From Azolla caroliniana (Eukaryota; Plantae; Polypodiophyta): a stretch of 64,000 nucleotides of DNA. A program made the translations under genes and the position numbers. Positions within the stretch are counted from its first letter, which is position 1. The number at the start of each line of letters is the position of its first letter. Under the pieces are notes generated by a model. The model was not told the origin of the DNA. It did no database searches and saw nothing but the letters and a program-made list of their open reading frames with translations. Below, piece by piece: positions 34,551-47,455 of this stretch. The stretch covers positions 9,238,001 through 9,302,000 of the forward strand of contig JBHGNT010000013.1 of the NCBI GenBank assembly GCA_043228905.1, given 5' to 3'.

Positions 34551-34779
34551 TGTTCATATATATTAACGTCTTCTAAGACCAAAATTGGCCCATGAGACAA
34601 TTGGTTTACAAAAAAAATGGAGTATTTACCCATTCATTGAAAGTAAAAATAAAATAAAATACAATTGGCCCATGAGAGAGAGAGAGAGAGTATGATGATC
34701 ATAGTTGAAAAGTTATAGTTGGTAGTTTCCTAACTAAGAGAGTAAGAGAGAGAGAGAAGAGAGATAGATAGATAGATCG

Positions 34780-36929
34780 TGTAAAGAATCAAGTATGATT
34801 CTTGTGTAGCGGAAGATATGTGTGTTATGTGTATGTGTGAGAGGAATTAGAGGAGAGATGAGAGAACACAAGATAGATAGAAAAAGGAATACTCAAGAAG
34901 GTGTATATTTCACAAGTAGAATAAGAATTACAAAATGTAGCATAACAAGGAGTCACAACCGACTTAGTATGAAGTGTGAGGAGGGTGCTTTATATATAGT
35001 CACCCTCTCTCTTCATTAACTAACTACAACAACCACTCTCTCTCTTGGGGAATGTGAAGACTCATAGTCATGGGGAATATGTAACTCATTAGCTATGTGT
35101 CATAGAATATGATTCTATGACACATAGTTAATGTGTAGAGAGTAGTGGTGTGACTTTTGACCTTTGAGTAATCATAGATTCTCAAAAGGTGTGTTCACAC
35201 GTTGCACTATGTTGAGCTTGATTCTCAAAACGCCTCCTCAACCTCAACTCGGGTCGGTTCCTTTTGATTGATGTCTGCTTCGGCTGATATCCGGTTCGGA
35301 CGATCTCCAGTGTCTGCTTCAGCTCATACCTGGTTCAAACGGTATCTGGTTCTTGCTTGTACTCCCCCTGAAGCTTGGCAAGTTAGGGATCGTCAATCCG
35401 AGGTTTGACATGAATTGTTGAAGCTTGTCGGCTCCTAGGGCCTTGGTGAAGATGTCGACTGTCTGAAGATTCGTGTTGATGTGTAGAAGATCGACATCTT
35501 CGGCCTGAACACGCTCTCGAATGAAGTGATAGTGCACTTCGATATACTTTGTGCATGCGTGCAACACCGGGTTCCAAGCTAGATATATACTGCTCATGTT
35601 GTCGTAGTAAATGGGAGTCGGATCCTTGATGGGAACGCCCAGATCCTTCAAAATCCTCTTGAGCCATATGGCTTCACATGCAGCTACGTTTGCGCCCCTG
35701 TATTTGTCCTCCATACTCGAAAGTGCGACAATAGGCTACTTCTTACTACTCCAAGATATTGCTCCGCTACTGAGCGAGAAGACAAATCCGGAGGTCAATC
35801 GTCAATCAACTTTGTAGCCTGCCCAGTCCGCGTCTGGGTACCCTTTGAGTCGTATTGGTGTGGCTGATGCGTAGACAACACCATAATCCATTGTGCCGCT
35901 CACGTATCATAATACTTGCTTAGCACAATCGAAATGGATATCTCGCGGAGTTTGCATGAATTGGCTAAGGAGTCCGACTGGATAGCTAAGGTCGGGTCGA
36001 GTGATCATGAGATAGATGAGGCTCCCGATCAGTTGACGATATTGGGTCGGCTCGCACTCGTCTAGGCCGGAGTCAACATCTAGTTTGAGGTTTCGATCAA
36101 GAGGCATAACGACCGATTTGCACTCAGTCATCCCAAACTTGTATAACAAGTTGAGGATGTAGTGCCGTTGAGAGATCATAATGCCGGTCGGAATCCGAAT
36201 TACTTCGATTCCAAGGAAGTAATGGAGCTCCTTCATGTCCGTCATCTCAAATTTTCCGGAGAGGAGGGACATGACCTTGTTGATGTCTACTAGACTTTCA
36301 CCTCCAATGACAAGATCATCCACGTATAGGATGATGACAATTAGGCTTCTAGAGTCATGTCGTGCGTAGAGGGAGTTGTAGGATTTCGACATTCGAATGC
36401 CGATTTGATGAAGGTATTGCGTAATCTTCGAATGCCAAGCACGCGGTGCTTTCTTGAGGCCGTAGAGTGGCTTCTTGAGTCGGCACACGGCTTTCGGATG
36501 AGTACGCAATTCGAAGCCGGGTGGTTGTACCATGTACACCTCCTCTTCTAATTCGCCTTGAAGAAAGGCGTTCTTGACGTCCATTTGGTGGAGGTGCCAC
36601 CCTTTTGCCACTACAAGTGCGATCACGGTCCGCACCGTCGTCATCTTTGCCACCGGGGCAAAGGTCTCTTCATAGTCGACTCCATGTGTTTGTGCGTATC
36701 CTTTCGCTACGAGTCGAACTTTGTAGCGGTTGACGGAGCCGTCCGTATTATACTTCACCTTGTAGATCCATCTGCAGCCAATTGCCTTCTTGTGCGATGA
36801 GTGGGGAACGAGATCCCATGCCTCATTTGTGCGTAGTGCATGCATCTCTTCGTTCATTGCTTCGATCCATCATGGGTCCTTCGCAGCTTCGGAAAAGGTT
36901 TCCGGCTCCCGCACTGTTGCCACCTTCAT
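34780..36929 (-). mobile_element. Copia 3' portion: RT (35907-36857), RNase H, PPT and LTR (34780-35230)
   Basis: YKVRLVAKGY, HQMDVKNAFL, LYVDDL and TKYIEVHYHFIRE. Truncated at its 5' side by the next LTR. Confidence 0.88.
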
Positions 36930-38815
36930 TGTAAAAGAATATGTGTGCGGAAGCATATGCGAAACACAGAGTACACAGTTCGGAGAACGACATTTTGGTA
37001 AAACATAGAAAACGCAGCGATGGAGATGGAGAGGAGAGACAATGAGAGGGAGAGAACACAACTCGGTTCTATTTCAAAATAATGACACTCTGTACATACT
37101 TCGTGCTCAGTGAGCACCTTTTATAGAAGCCCTGACTTTCGGGCTGACACAAGTACTGACAGTACTTGACTGCTCATTAATGAGCCTACTACACTAACTC
37201 CCAAAATTATTCCTTACAAGCAATACCATACTAACGGCCTTTCGGTTTACGCACCGATACGGCCACGTTATGCATACTGTTTTACGCACCCAGTCTACGC
37301 ACTAGGTTACACACCATGTTACGCACCCAATGTTAAGCTTGTCACTCAACACTCTCCCTGAAGTTCAACTTGAAGTTCCACATGCTCCTCCGGATCTTCA
37401 CTCCGGCTTTTCTTGGCTTCACGCCTTGCTCGCGTTCCACGACCCTTCTAGTCGGCTAGTCTGCTCATTTGGCCTTTCTTAGCTCCCTTGCAGTTGCGGT
37501 GTTGGCGCCTCTTCCGCTGCCCTTTCCTCTGTTTGGCCCTTAGTCGATTCGTAATATCCGAATTGAACATTTCGATTGAATCGGTCTCTTCCGATTCAAT
37601 TCCACTTACATCCAAATTGGCTGTCTCCAATTCGTCTTTAGTCTTTAGGCCTTTGACAATGTCAGACCACGTCTTGGTCTTGGCCTTACCTCCCCCTGAT
37701 TCAGTTGTCCTCTGATCCTCCCTACGATTACGTCCCTTGCTCTCTTCATCGACTTCTTCAGTTGGCCCGAAATCGAATTCTTCATCTGACTCCGCATCAC
37801 AGTCACTTCCGCCGCGATGATCACCTTCGCTCCTTTCACTCTCTTGTTCCTGTCTCCCCCTCAAGTTCGGCGTGTCAAGGTGACGCAACCCAAGCTCACT
37901 TGAGAAATGCTGCAACTTGTCGAGACCAAGAGGCTTAGTGAAAATGTCGGCAACTTGTTGATCCGTCGGAACATACGCTAGTTCGACGTCATCTGAAAGG
38001 ACCCGCTCGCGAACAAAATGGTAATTCACCTCAATGTGCTTGGTTCGGGCGTGGAATACAAGGTTTTTCGCAAGGTGGATACTGCTAAGGTTGTCGCAAT
38101 AGATCATCGTCGGATCGGACACCTCCACATGCAGATCCCGTAATAGTTGTTTCAACCAAATGACTTCGCACATAGCGATAGTCGCCCCTCGATATTTGGC
38201 CTCCGTGCTCGACAGTGCTATTATCGGCTGCTTCTTATTGCTCCACATGATCGCCATACTTCCTAATGAGAAGATGTATCCGAATGTGGATCTATGATCA
38301 CTGGCGTTTCCGGCCCAATCGGCATCCGTGTAGCCAACCATCTGTTCAGCTACGCCTGCCCGATACAGCAACGCCATGTCTTTCGTGCCGCTGACATATC
38401 GCAATATCCTTTGCGCGCACTAAAAGTGTTGGGCCGTAGGTTGCGACATAAACTGACTGATCAGTTCGATCGGGTAGCTGAGGTCCGACCTGGTGATCGT
38501 CAAATATATCAAGCTTCTGACAATCTGTCGAAACCGTGTCGGGTCGCATGCCTCTCCCGAATCTTGGCAAAGCTTTGTGTTTCTATCTAGAGGGGTCGAG
38601 ATGGACTTACAGTTGGCCATCCCGAACTTGAAGAGCATATTCAGCGCGTAATGACGTTGGCTGATCAATATGGCTTCGGGGGCGCGAATCACTTTACACG
38701 GCGGATTTCGTCCAGGTTGGCACCGGGGATGACTAAATCATCAACATACAGTAGAAGGCTAACCGGTCCATATTGACCTTGCCGAACAAATAGTGAAGAG
38801 TTTGATTTCGATGAT
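36930..38815 (-). mobile_element. Copia 3' portion (F-like family): end of RT, RNase H with charged C-terminal extension, PPT and LTR (36930-37351)
   Basis: GYTDADWAG, ALSSTEAKYR and HARTKHIEV in ORF 37448-38404. PPT AGGGAGAG lies next to TGTTGAG. Confidence 0.88.
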
Positions 38816-38819
38816 TCAA

Positions 38820-40285
38820 GGACCTATCTGATCCTATACATTGACGACATGTTGATTGCAGGAAGCAATCAAGCAGAGATCAGTAAGCTGAAATGGAGCC
38901 TTCACGCAAAGTTTGTGATGAAGGAACTCGGATAGGCCCGGCACATATTGGGCATGAGGATAGAGCGAAATCGGACGACCAAAACTCTCCGACTCTCCCA
39001 GTCTGAATACATCTGCAAGGTGCTCAAGCGCTTCAACATGGAGAATGTGAAGCCGACACCGACACCGCTTCCGACGTTGATTGGACTATCAGACAGAGAC
39101 TCTCCTTTGACGGACAAGGAAAGAGAGCTTAATGGAAAAATACCCTACACATCGACGGTAGGAAGTATCATGTACGCAATGGTGGCGACCCGGTCCGACC
39201 TAGCCTATGTCGTAGGGGTGGTCAGCCGGTACATGTCAAACCAAGGAAAGAAGCATTGGGATGCCGTCAAGCACATCCTTAGGTATCTAAAAGGAACCCT
39301 GGACGCACAGCTAACTTTCAGACTGACAACCTCAGCCGACTATGTCAAAAATGCAGGTAATCGGAAATCAACATCAGGCTACATCTTCACCTATGGTGGC
39401 GGGGCAATATCATGGAGGTTGAAACTTCAAGAGTGCACGGCTCTGTCTACCACAGAAGCCAAGTACATAGCAACATCGAAAGCAGTGAAGGAAGCGATCT
39501 AACTGCACCGACTAACTGCCGACTTCGGAACTGCAAACCGAAACGACCGACCAACGCCGACCATCTATTGCGACTTACAGAGTGCAATACACCTCATCAA
39601 CAATCACATCTATCATGCGAAGAAGAAGCACATTGAGGTGCGGTATCATCATATCCGGGAGCTCATAAACGAAAAGAAACTCGAAGTCTAGAAGATCGAC
39701 ACCGAGGTGAACATCGCCAATTGCCTGACGAAGCCACTCCCAGATCTACGCTTCGGAGCACTAAGGAAGAAAATGGGGCTACGAAAAGCGACCGATCAGA
39801 AGAAAGCCAAACGAGGAGCAGAAGGTAAGATTTGATCGGAACAATAACAACACATCCTATACATCTGCCAACTCGGTTGCATGTCAACTGACTTGTAACA
39901 TATAAACTTAGATCAACTTTGTAATCTAGGCTTACGGGGAGATAACCCCAAATACTTATACATGCAAGAAAGAGTAGTCCTTTTATGGGGGAGTTTGTTG
40001 GCATAAAAGGCTGACTCCTTCCAAGTTGTATCCGTCTGAGTGTGAACTCGTCAATAAGTTAGGGCTTAGTATATAAGTGAATACCTAATATTGTATAGAA
40101 CAAGACGAGTAACAAAGAGACAAAGCGTATGTGTATCGTATCTCAGAGAGAGAGTGAGAACGAAGCAATAAAGCTTTCCATTAGAGCTTGCACTGTGGAA
40201 GTCCACGCGTATTCTACTTTCTGTCTGCGTTGTTTGATGTTCAGAACTGATAACAGATCTATACACGTTTCCACAAATCGCACTT
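38820..40285 (+). mobile_element. Copia 3' portion: RT/RNase H, PPT and LTR (from 39996; end approximate)
   Basis: LYIDDML, PYTSTVGSIMYAMVATRSDLAY, KSTSGYIF, and GGGGGAGTT followed by TGTTGG. Confidence 0.82.
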
Positions 40286-41921
40286 GTTACCCCCACACCA
40301 CTTTCCCACCGCCACCTTTCGTCTCTCCGGTCTCACGTTGGCTCTCGGGCACAACCGCAGAAGTCTCTAGAATTAATGGGCAGGAATCCTCGGTATTATC
40401 GTCCTCCGTCGTTTCGTCAATAGCCACCTTCTTGGCTATCACTCCGTCGAATGCAACGGCTTCAATCGTTGTTTCCTCGGCGCCACCTTCCCTCTCTTTG
40501 GTGTCATGTTTTCTCTCAGACACAACCGCCGAAGTCTCTAGAATTAGTTGGAAGGAATCCTTGGTATTACCGTCCTCCATTGAATCGTCCTTAGCCAGCT
40601 TTGCCTCAATGTCGTTATCTGTGGCTATCTCTTCAACTCCATAGGCCTCACACTCTTTGCCCTCCTCGATCATGCAAGCTTCGATTATGTTTACCCCTTC
40701 GTCACCTGATGTTTTGATCAATCGTGTCCCGAAACCTTCTTCCACCTTTGAAGTGGTGTTCGCCACTCTCTAGTCATCGGTCTTATCTGTTAGGATCTCA
40801 GTCCCTCCGGATGGGATACGAGTACCCGGCAAGGAAGACCCGGTGAGAACCGGATGATGCAGACCCGGTGAGAACCGGATGACGAGTACCCGGCAAGGAA
40901 GACCCGGTGAGAACCGGATGTTGTAGGCCGGTGAGAACCTCTCACCGGATGAAGGGACATATATGTAGATATGTTTCTGAGAGCCCATTGGGGCTATATC
41001 TGTAAATAGTTCTAATGTCATATTAGTATAAATATGACCTAGGGCAAACAATGTGTATGAGGATCATAATTGCTGTTATTATCTTCGTATAGTGTGGTTC
41101 GTGTAACGACTATAGAGAGAGAGAGAGAGAGAGAGAGCGATACAGAGCATGTCTCTGTTGTAACCGACGCCAGGCGAAGATTGTGAGCAAGAGGTCGTTG
41201 CCTCTATGCTCCCGGTTGTACTCCTTGACATAGTGATAGTTAGGAGTCTGTGAACTCCCGTGGTTTTTCCCTCTCAGGGTTTTCCACGTTAACATCCTGT
41301 GTATTCTCTTTCTGTTTGTGTACTTACCTCCACTCCCATTTCTTCTGTGTTTGATTGTCATCAAGTGATCTACACTTCGGTTGTGGCCGGAGATTATTCC
41401 ACACATTTCTTGTCAAAGTGGTATCAGAGCAAAACGACACAGAAAGATGGACGATTCGTTGGGAGGCATGTTCAAGCTCACCGGCTCCAATTACTCAGTG
41501 TGGAAGTCGAAGATGAGGGACATGCTCGTGGTTAAAGATCTTTGGTTGCCGGTTCAGTTCGGGGACAAGAGACCGGAAAAGATCGATGCCACGATATGGG
41601 AGGTGATGCACTTGAAGTCAATGGCATACACACGGTGCTTCATCGACATGAGTCTATACAACAACTTCAATGAAGAGAGCAAGGTTCATGAGCTCTGGGA
41701 GAAGATCGGCATTATGTTTCAGAACAAAAATGTTGTTAATCAGGTTTCGGTATTTCGAAAGCTAGTAAGACTCCGGTACCAAGATGGCTCCAACATGGTG
41801 GAGCACGTGAATGCCGTCCAAGGGTTGATCCACCAGGAAATATCATTGGAAGTACCTCTCGCCGATGAGGTACTAGCACTACTCTTGCTCGGTTCCCTCC
41901 TAGATAGCTCGAAGACGTTGG

Positions 41922-44148
41922 TGTCACGGACACACCAAGTGCGGACTAAGACGAAGCACGGATGATGAGGCTATGACGGAGTGATGACGCGAGAAACTTA
42001 AGACGGGGAATGACACAAGAGCATAAAGATAGAGATTAAGATTAAGGAGAGAAGATGGGCAAAACGGGAATACTAGATTGATATGTCCATGACTGGTGTT
42101 GTTCACCTTGAATTCCTTCAAGGTGAACTCAACTATTTATACTAAGTGGCATGCATACATGTTGTACGCATGTGATACAATAGAGCATGTAGGCAGTAGG
42201 TACGCATGCATGTGCCAAGTGTAAATAATACAAGGGAGAAATGATGCACAAGATGCTAGCTAAAACCTACAATGAGGAAGTATATACATGATTATATGCT
42301 AGATGTGTGATTAACACATAACACTCGATTATAACATCGTCATGTCAAGAGTTCGAATCTTGACATTTTCCCCCCTCCAATGATGCCTCCCCAAATCGTT
42401 TGTCGGCTTAAGGGGATATTATTGATGAAAATCTTAGATCACCTCCAAAGTATTTTGTAAATCCTAGACAAGGAGGAACCCTTCCGCAAGACGAGGTATT
42501 CAACACCAACGGGCATGAGCGACCATGTGTGGTCCTCGCCAAGGACTGGAACACAAATATCAACGGGTGTGAGTGATCATGTGCGGTCCTCACGGGGAGC
42601 ATGAACACCAAGGGGCATGAGTGACCATGTGTGGTCCTTGCCGGGAACTGGAACGGTCCTCGCTGAGAGTTGGAACACGAACACCAACAGGCGTGAGCAA
42701 CCATGTTGTCCTCACTGAGAATTGGAACATGAACAAGTGAGCGACCATGTGGCCCTCACGGGGAACAGGAACACAAACGGGAGTAATCGACCATGTGTGG
42801 TTCTCACCGGGAAATGGAACATGAACAACAACAGGCATGAGCTACCATGTCGGTCCTCACCGAGATCTGGAACACGAACAATAGTTGGAGTGAGCGACCA
42901 TGTGTGGTCCTCACTGGAGACTGGAACACAAACACCAACGGGCATGAGAGCCCATATCGGTCCTCGCCGAGAGTTGGAACACGAACACCAATGGGCGTGA
43001 GAGACCATGTGTAGTCCTCACCGAGAACTGGAACACGAATCACAATGGGCATGAGCGACCATGTTGGTCCTCGTCAGGATGTGGAACATGAAAAATAACT
43101 GGAGTGAGCAACCATGTGGAACATGAAAAATAACCGAAGACTGGAACACGAATGGGAGTGAGCGACCATGCGGCCCTCACTGGGAACAGGAACACGAACA
43201 GGAGTGAGCGGCCATGTGCGGCCCTCACCGGGAACATGAACACGAACACCAACGCGAGTGAGCGGCCTTGTGCGAACCTCACCGGGAACTCGAACACAAA
43301 CACCAACGAGAATGAGCGGCCTTGTGCGGCCCTCACCGGGAACTGGAACACGAACACCAACAGGAGTGAGCGTCCTTGTGCGGCCCTCACCGGGAACTGG
43401 AACACGAACACCAATGGGAGTGAGCGGCCTTGTGTGGCCCTCACCGGGAATTGGAACACGAACACCAACGGGAGTGAGAGGCCTTGTGCGGCCCTCACCG
43501 GGAACTAGAACACGAACACCAATGGGAAAGAAACTAAAAAATAGAGACAATGATGAGGAGAACTAAAAGCGAATGAAATTTATGAGCAGAAACTAGGAGA
43601 TAGAAATGGCGAGGTAGATAAGAAATGAAGTGATGTTGATGATGGTACGATGATGATGGTAACTCTAGAAGCAAGGCTAATGATGGAGACGGGTGATGCT
43701 TCTAGTTGGAAGGTGAACAAACTGTCATGGACACACCAAGCGTGAACTAAGACGGAGCACGGATGGTGAGGCTACGACGGAGCGATGACGGAATGACACA
43801 AGAGCATAAAGATAGAGATGAAGACTAAGGAGAGAAGATGGGCGAAATGGGAATACTAGATTGATATGTCCATGACTGGCGTTATTCACCTTGAATTCCT
43901 TCAAGGTGAACTCAACTATTTATACTAAGTGGCATGCATACATGTTGTACGCATGTGATACAATAGAGCATGTAGGCAGTAGGTACGCATGCATGTGCCA
44001 AGTGTAAATAATACAAGGGAGAAATGACGCACAAGATGCTAGCTAAAACCTACAATGAGGAAGTATATATATGATTATATGCTAGATGTGTGATTAACAC
44101 ATAACACTCGATTATAACATCGTCATGTCAAGAGTTCGAATCTTGACA
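41922..44148 (-). mobile_element. Non-coding (TRIM/LARD-like) LTR element D; LTRs 41922-42365 and 43723-44148
   Basis: TSD GTTGG (41917-41921 / 44149-44153), TGTCA..TGACA termini and minus-strand PPT GGAGGGGGGAAAA at 42366. No gag/pol similarity seen. Confidence 0.92.
42500..43526. repeat. ~54-bp tandem repeat array (~19 units) inside element D
   Basis: Unit approximately GGGAACTGGAACACGAACACCAACGGGAGTGAGCGGCCTTGTGCGGCCCTCACC. The overlapping ORFs show 18-aa periodicity. Confidence 0.92.
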
Positions 44149-47100
44149 GTTGGTTGTCACTTTGGGCAACGCCGGCCCAGAAGGGAAATGGTTATCCCTA
44201 GGAAGAGTAAAGTCGAGCTTGCTAGATGAGGAGGCGCGTCGGAAAGACAAGGATACGAGCTCTGACTCCAAAGCGCTCCTTACCGAATCGGAATGCTGAA
44301 GACATAGGAACCGTAGTCCCCAGAACCGGGAAAAGTCGGGGACACGGTCAAAGTCAAGGGGGAGGCCTACTTGCTTCTATTGTGGCAAGTCGGGACACTT
44401 CCAGAAGAATTATCGGCACTTCTGAAAAGACAAGGAAACCGACGGTACCGATTCGAAGCGGACACCGGACCATAACGGTAAAGACCGAAGGGGACCGGAC
44501 CGGAAGGGAACAACGACAATCGTGGCAAGTGAAGAAGAGTTGATGCTCATCACCCAGGAGAGTAAGTTGAACCTTGCCGGCGACAAGACAACGTGGGTTG
44601 TCGATTCTGGAGTGTCGTTCCACCTGACCCCGGACCGAAAATGCTTCTCATCCTACACAGCCGGTGATCACGGCTGTGTCCGGATGGGGAATGAAGGTAC
44701 ATGCCGAATAGTCGGCATAGCAGACGTGTGGTTGACAACACCAACCGGATGCAAGTTGTTGCTGAAGGATGTCTGACACGTTCCGGAGGTTCGACTGAAC
44801 CTGATATCAGTCGGTCGGCTAGATGATGAAGGCTACACGGGTAGCACCCGGAACGGAGTCATGAAATTCAGCAAAGGGAGCCTGATAGTGGCTCGGGCCC
44901 GGAAGGTCAACACGATGTACCTGATGAATGCCCGGTTATACCTGGAAGAAGTGAACGTGGCTTCCGACACTACCGGTGAGTTGTGGCACAAGAGACTGTG
45001 TCACATGAGCGTGAAGGGGATGATGAGGCTTGCCGATGAAAACCTCATTCTGGTGAAGAACTTGCATCTTGAGAGGTGCACTGATTGTCTGGCCGATAAG
45101 CAAAACCGGACCTCCTTCCGATCAAGGCCACCGATTAGACGTAATGCACCATTGGAGTTGGTGCATACCGATGTGTGTCAAGTGGACACGAAGTCCCGTG
45201 CCAAAGCGTAGTACTTCGTGATGTTCATAGATGACCACAGCAGGAGGTTGTGAGCCATACTGTTGAAGACAAAGGATCAGGTGTTATCCATCTTCAAGGA
45301 GCTCCACGCAAGAGTGGAAAGAGAAACCGGACAGAAGCTGAAGACGTTTCGTGTAGATAACGGAGGGGAATATCGGGGGCAGTTCGAGGAGTACTGCCGC
45401 TCGAAGGGAATCCGGCTCGAATTTACCGTGCCGAAGACGCCGGAACTAAATGGGCTGGCCGAGAGGATGAACCGAACCATAATGGAGAGGGTCCAGAGTA
45501 TGCTAGCACATGCTAAATTACCCAAGACGTTTTGGGCTAAGGCGCTGTCGACAACGACGTATATGATAAACAGATCACCCTCAGTGCCCTTGGATGGGCC
45601 ACAAAAGGTGTGGGCTGGTAAGGAAGTGTCCTACCGGCATTTGAAGGTGTTCAGGTGTCTCGCATACGTGCATGTTGCTAAGGACCGGAGAGGAATGTTG
45701 GATCCAAAGACCCGGCCATGCATATTCCTTGGATACGACGATGATGAGTTCGGCCACCGAGTGTGGGATCCGGTCGACAAAAAGGTTTTCCGGAGCCGAG
45801 ATATTATCTTCATGGAGGACAAGACTCTTGCCGACTGGGAGTCGGAGAAGAAGATAATGAACTCCGATGAGATTCGAACCCACCCGGCTAAGAGCCAGTT
45901 GACACTCGAGGAACCAGCCGGTTAGGGTGAGGATACCGAACCGGCAGAAGAAGAAGTAGAGGAAGTTGAAACCGGAACCGGCCAAGACCCCGAATCGGAT
46001 TCGGATGAAGAACAAATAGAGGAGCCGGTTGCTGAAAGCCAAAGATGGAGATATCCTCTCAGAGAGAGAAGGGCCCCCCAGAGATTTCCGGATGCAAAGC
46101 ATGTGCTGTTGGCCGATGAGGGGGAGCCGAAAAGCTTCGAAGAAGCGAAGGATGACACCCATAGCCGCAAGTGGTTGAGTGCCATGCAGGATGAGATGGA
46201 TTCCTTGCATGAGAACCACATGTATGAATTGGAGGAGTTGCCGAAAGGAAAGAGGGCACTCCAAAGCAAGTGGGTGTACAAGTTGAAACCAAGAGATGCC
46301 AGCAACCCTCCAAGGTACAAAGCCAGGATCGTGGTGAAGGGGTTCTAGTAGAAGAAGGGTGTGGACTTCGACGAGATATTTGCCCTGGTAATGAAGATGA
46401 CTTCCATCGGGACAGTGTTGAGCATAACGGCAAGCATGGACCTCGAGGTAGAGCAATTAGACGTGAAGACGGCGTTCCTCCACGGTGACCTCGAAGAGGA
46501 GATCTACATGCAGCAACCGGAGGGATTTGTGAAGAAAGGGAAGGAGCACCTGGTTTTCCAGTTAAAAAAGAGCCTCTACGGGTTGAAGCAGGCTCCCCCG
46601 GCAATGGTACCAGAAATTCGACTCCTTTGTGACCGATCAAGGGTACCACAAGATGCAGGCCGATCACTGCGTATTTGTGAAGAAGTTCGAAGGTGGAGAC
46701 TTCCTGATACTCCTCATGTACGTGAACGACATGTTGATCATCAGACGAGACCAAGTCAAGATACGGTGTCGTGACGATTTTCGGCTACGGTGTGAAACCG
46801 AGTGAGACGAATAAACCAAGGATGTGCAACATTGCACATGCACTTAGCAAATAACCCTAGCCTAGTGGCACTTGAGTTCATACACAGGGGTGCAAGCAAG
46901 GTTTGAACCTTGCACCTCTAAGATACAAGATAATTGCCTTACCACTAGGACAACTATCATATAATGTAGATTTTATGTATTTCCTTTTCATATACAAATT
47001 ATAGACGAAACAACTATAGAAAACCATGTGCACAAAACCATGGTTTTAAACCCATGGTTTGTGCATGACATAAGCAAAACCGTCTGCACAAAACCATGGT

Positions 47101-47416
47101 TTTAGCCCATGGTTTTGTGCATGTCACGAGCATGGAAAGACCTATAAAAGCCTCTAGTTGGGCTTGTGTAAGGGGGGCTCAATATGTGATATCACCAACA
47201 CCATTATCATCAATATAAATTATATTTGTCTTTATCTTCTTCATTATTTTCTACTTCTCAAGTGTACAATTTTTCTCCTTCTCAAGTAAACCAATTTCGT
47301 CTAATCTTACATTGATCGTCATCTAGCATCGATAATTCCGCGAACGTCCTCCCCAGTCCAAGACCCCGGTGGTCGCTCGAGTAGCACACGCACGCGCGAA
47401 TCTTCGCGACATCATT

Positions 47417-47433
47417 TGGTGAACCCGACGTGA
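47417..47433 (+). promoter_or_regulatory. PBS complementary to tRNA-Trp
   Basis: TGGTGAACCCGACGTGA is the reverse complement of TCACGTCGGGTTCACCA (plant cytosolic tRNA-Trp 3' end as recalled). Confidence 0.8.
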
Positions 47434-47455
47434 AGAGCAGTAGGGGAGGACAAAG

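Noticed and set aside
34213-34633. His/Thr-repeat proteins
   Set aside because: Translations of (CA)n/(CT)n microsatellites. Only the LINE-derived tail is meaningful.
42500-43526. CRISPR-like array or repeat protein gene
   Set aside because: Contiguous tandem units with no unique spacers, no cas genes and a eukaryotic LTR context. The ORFs arise from a 54-bp period on both strands.
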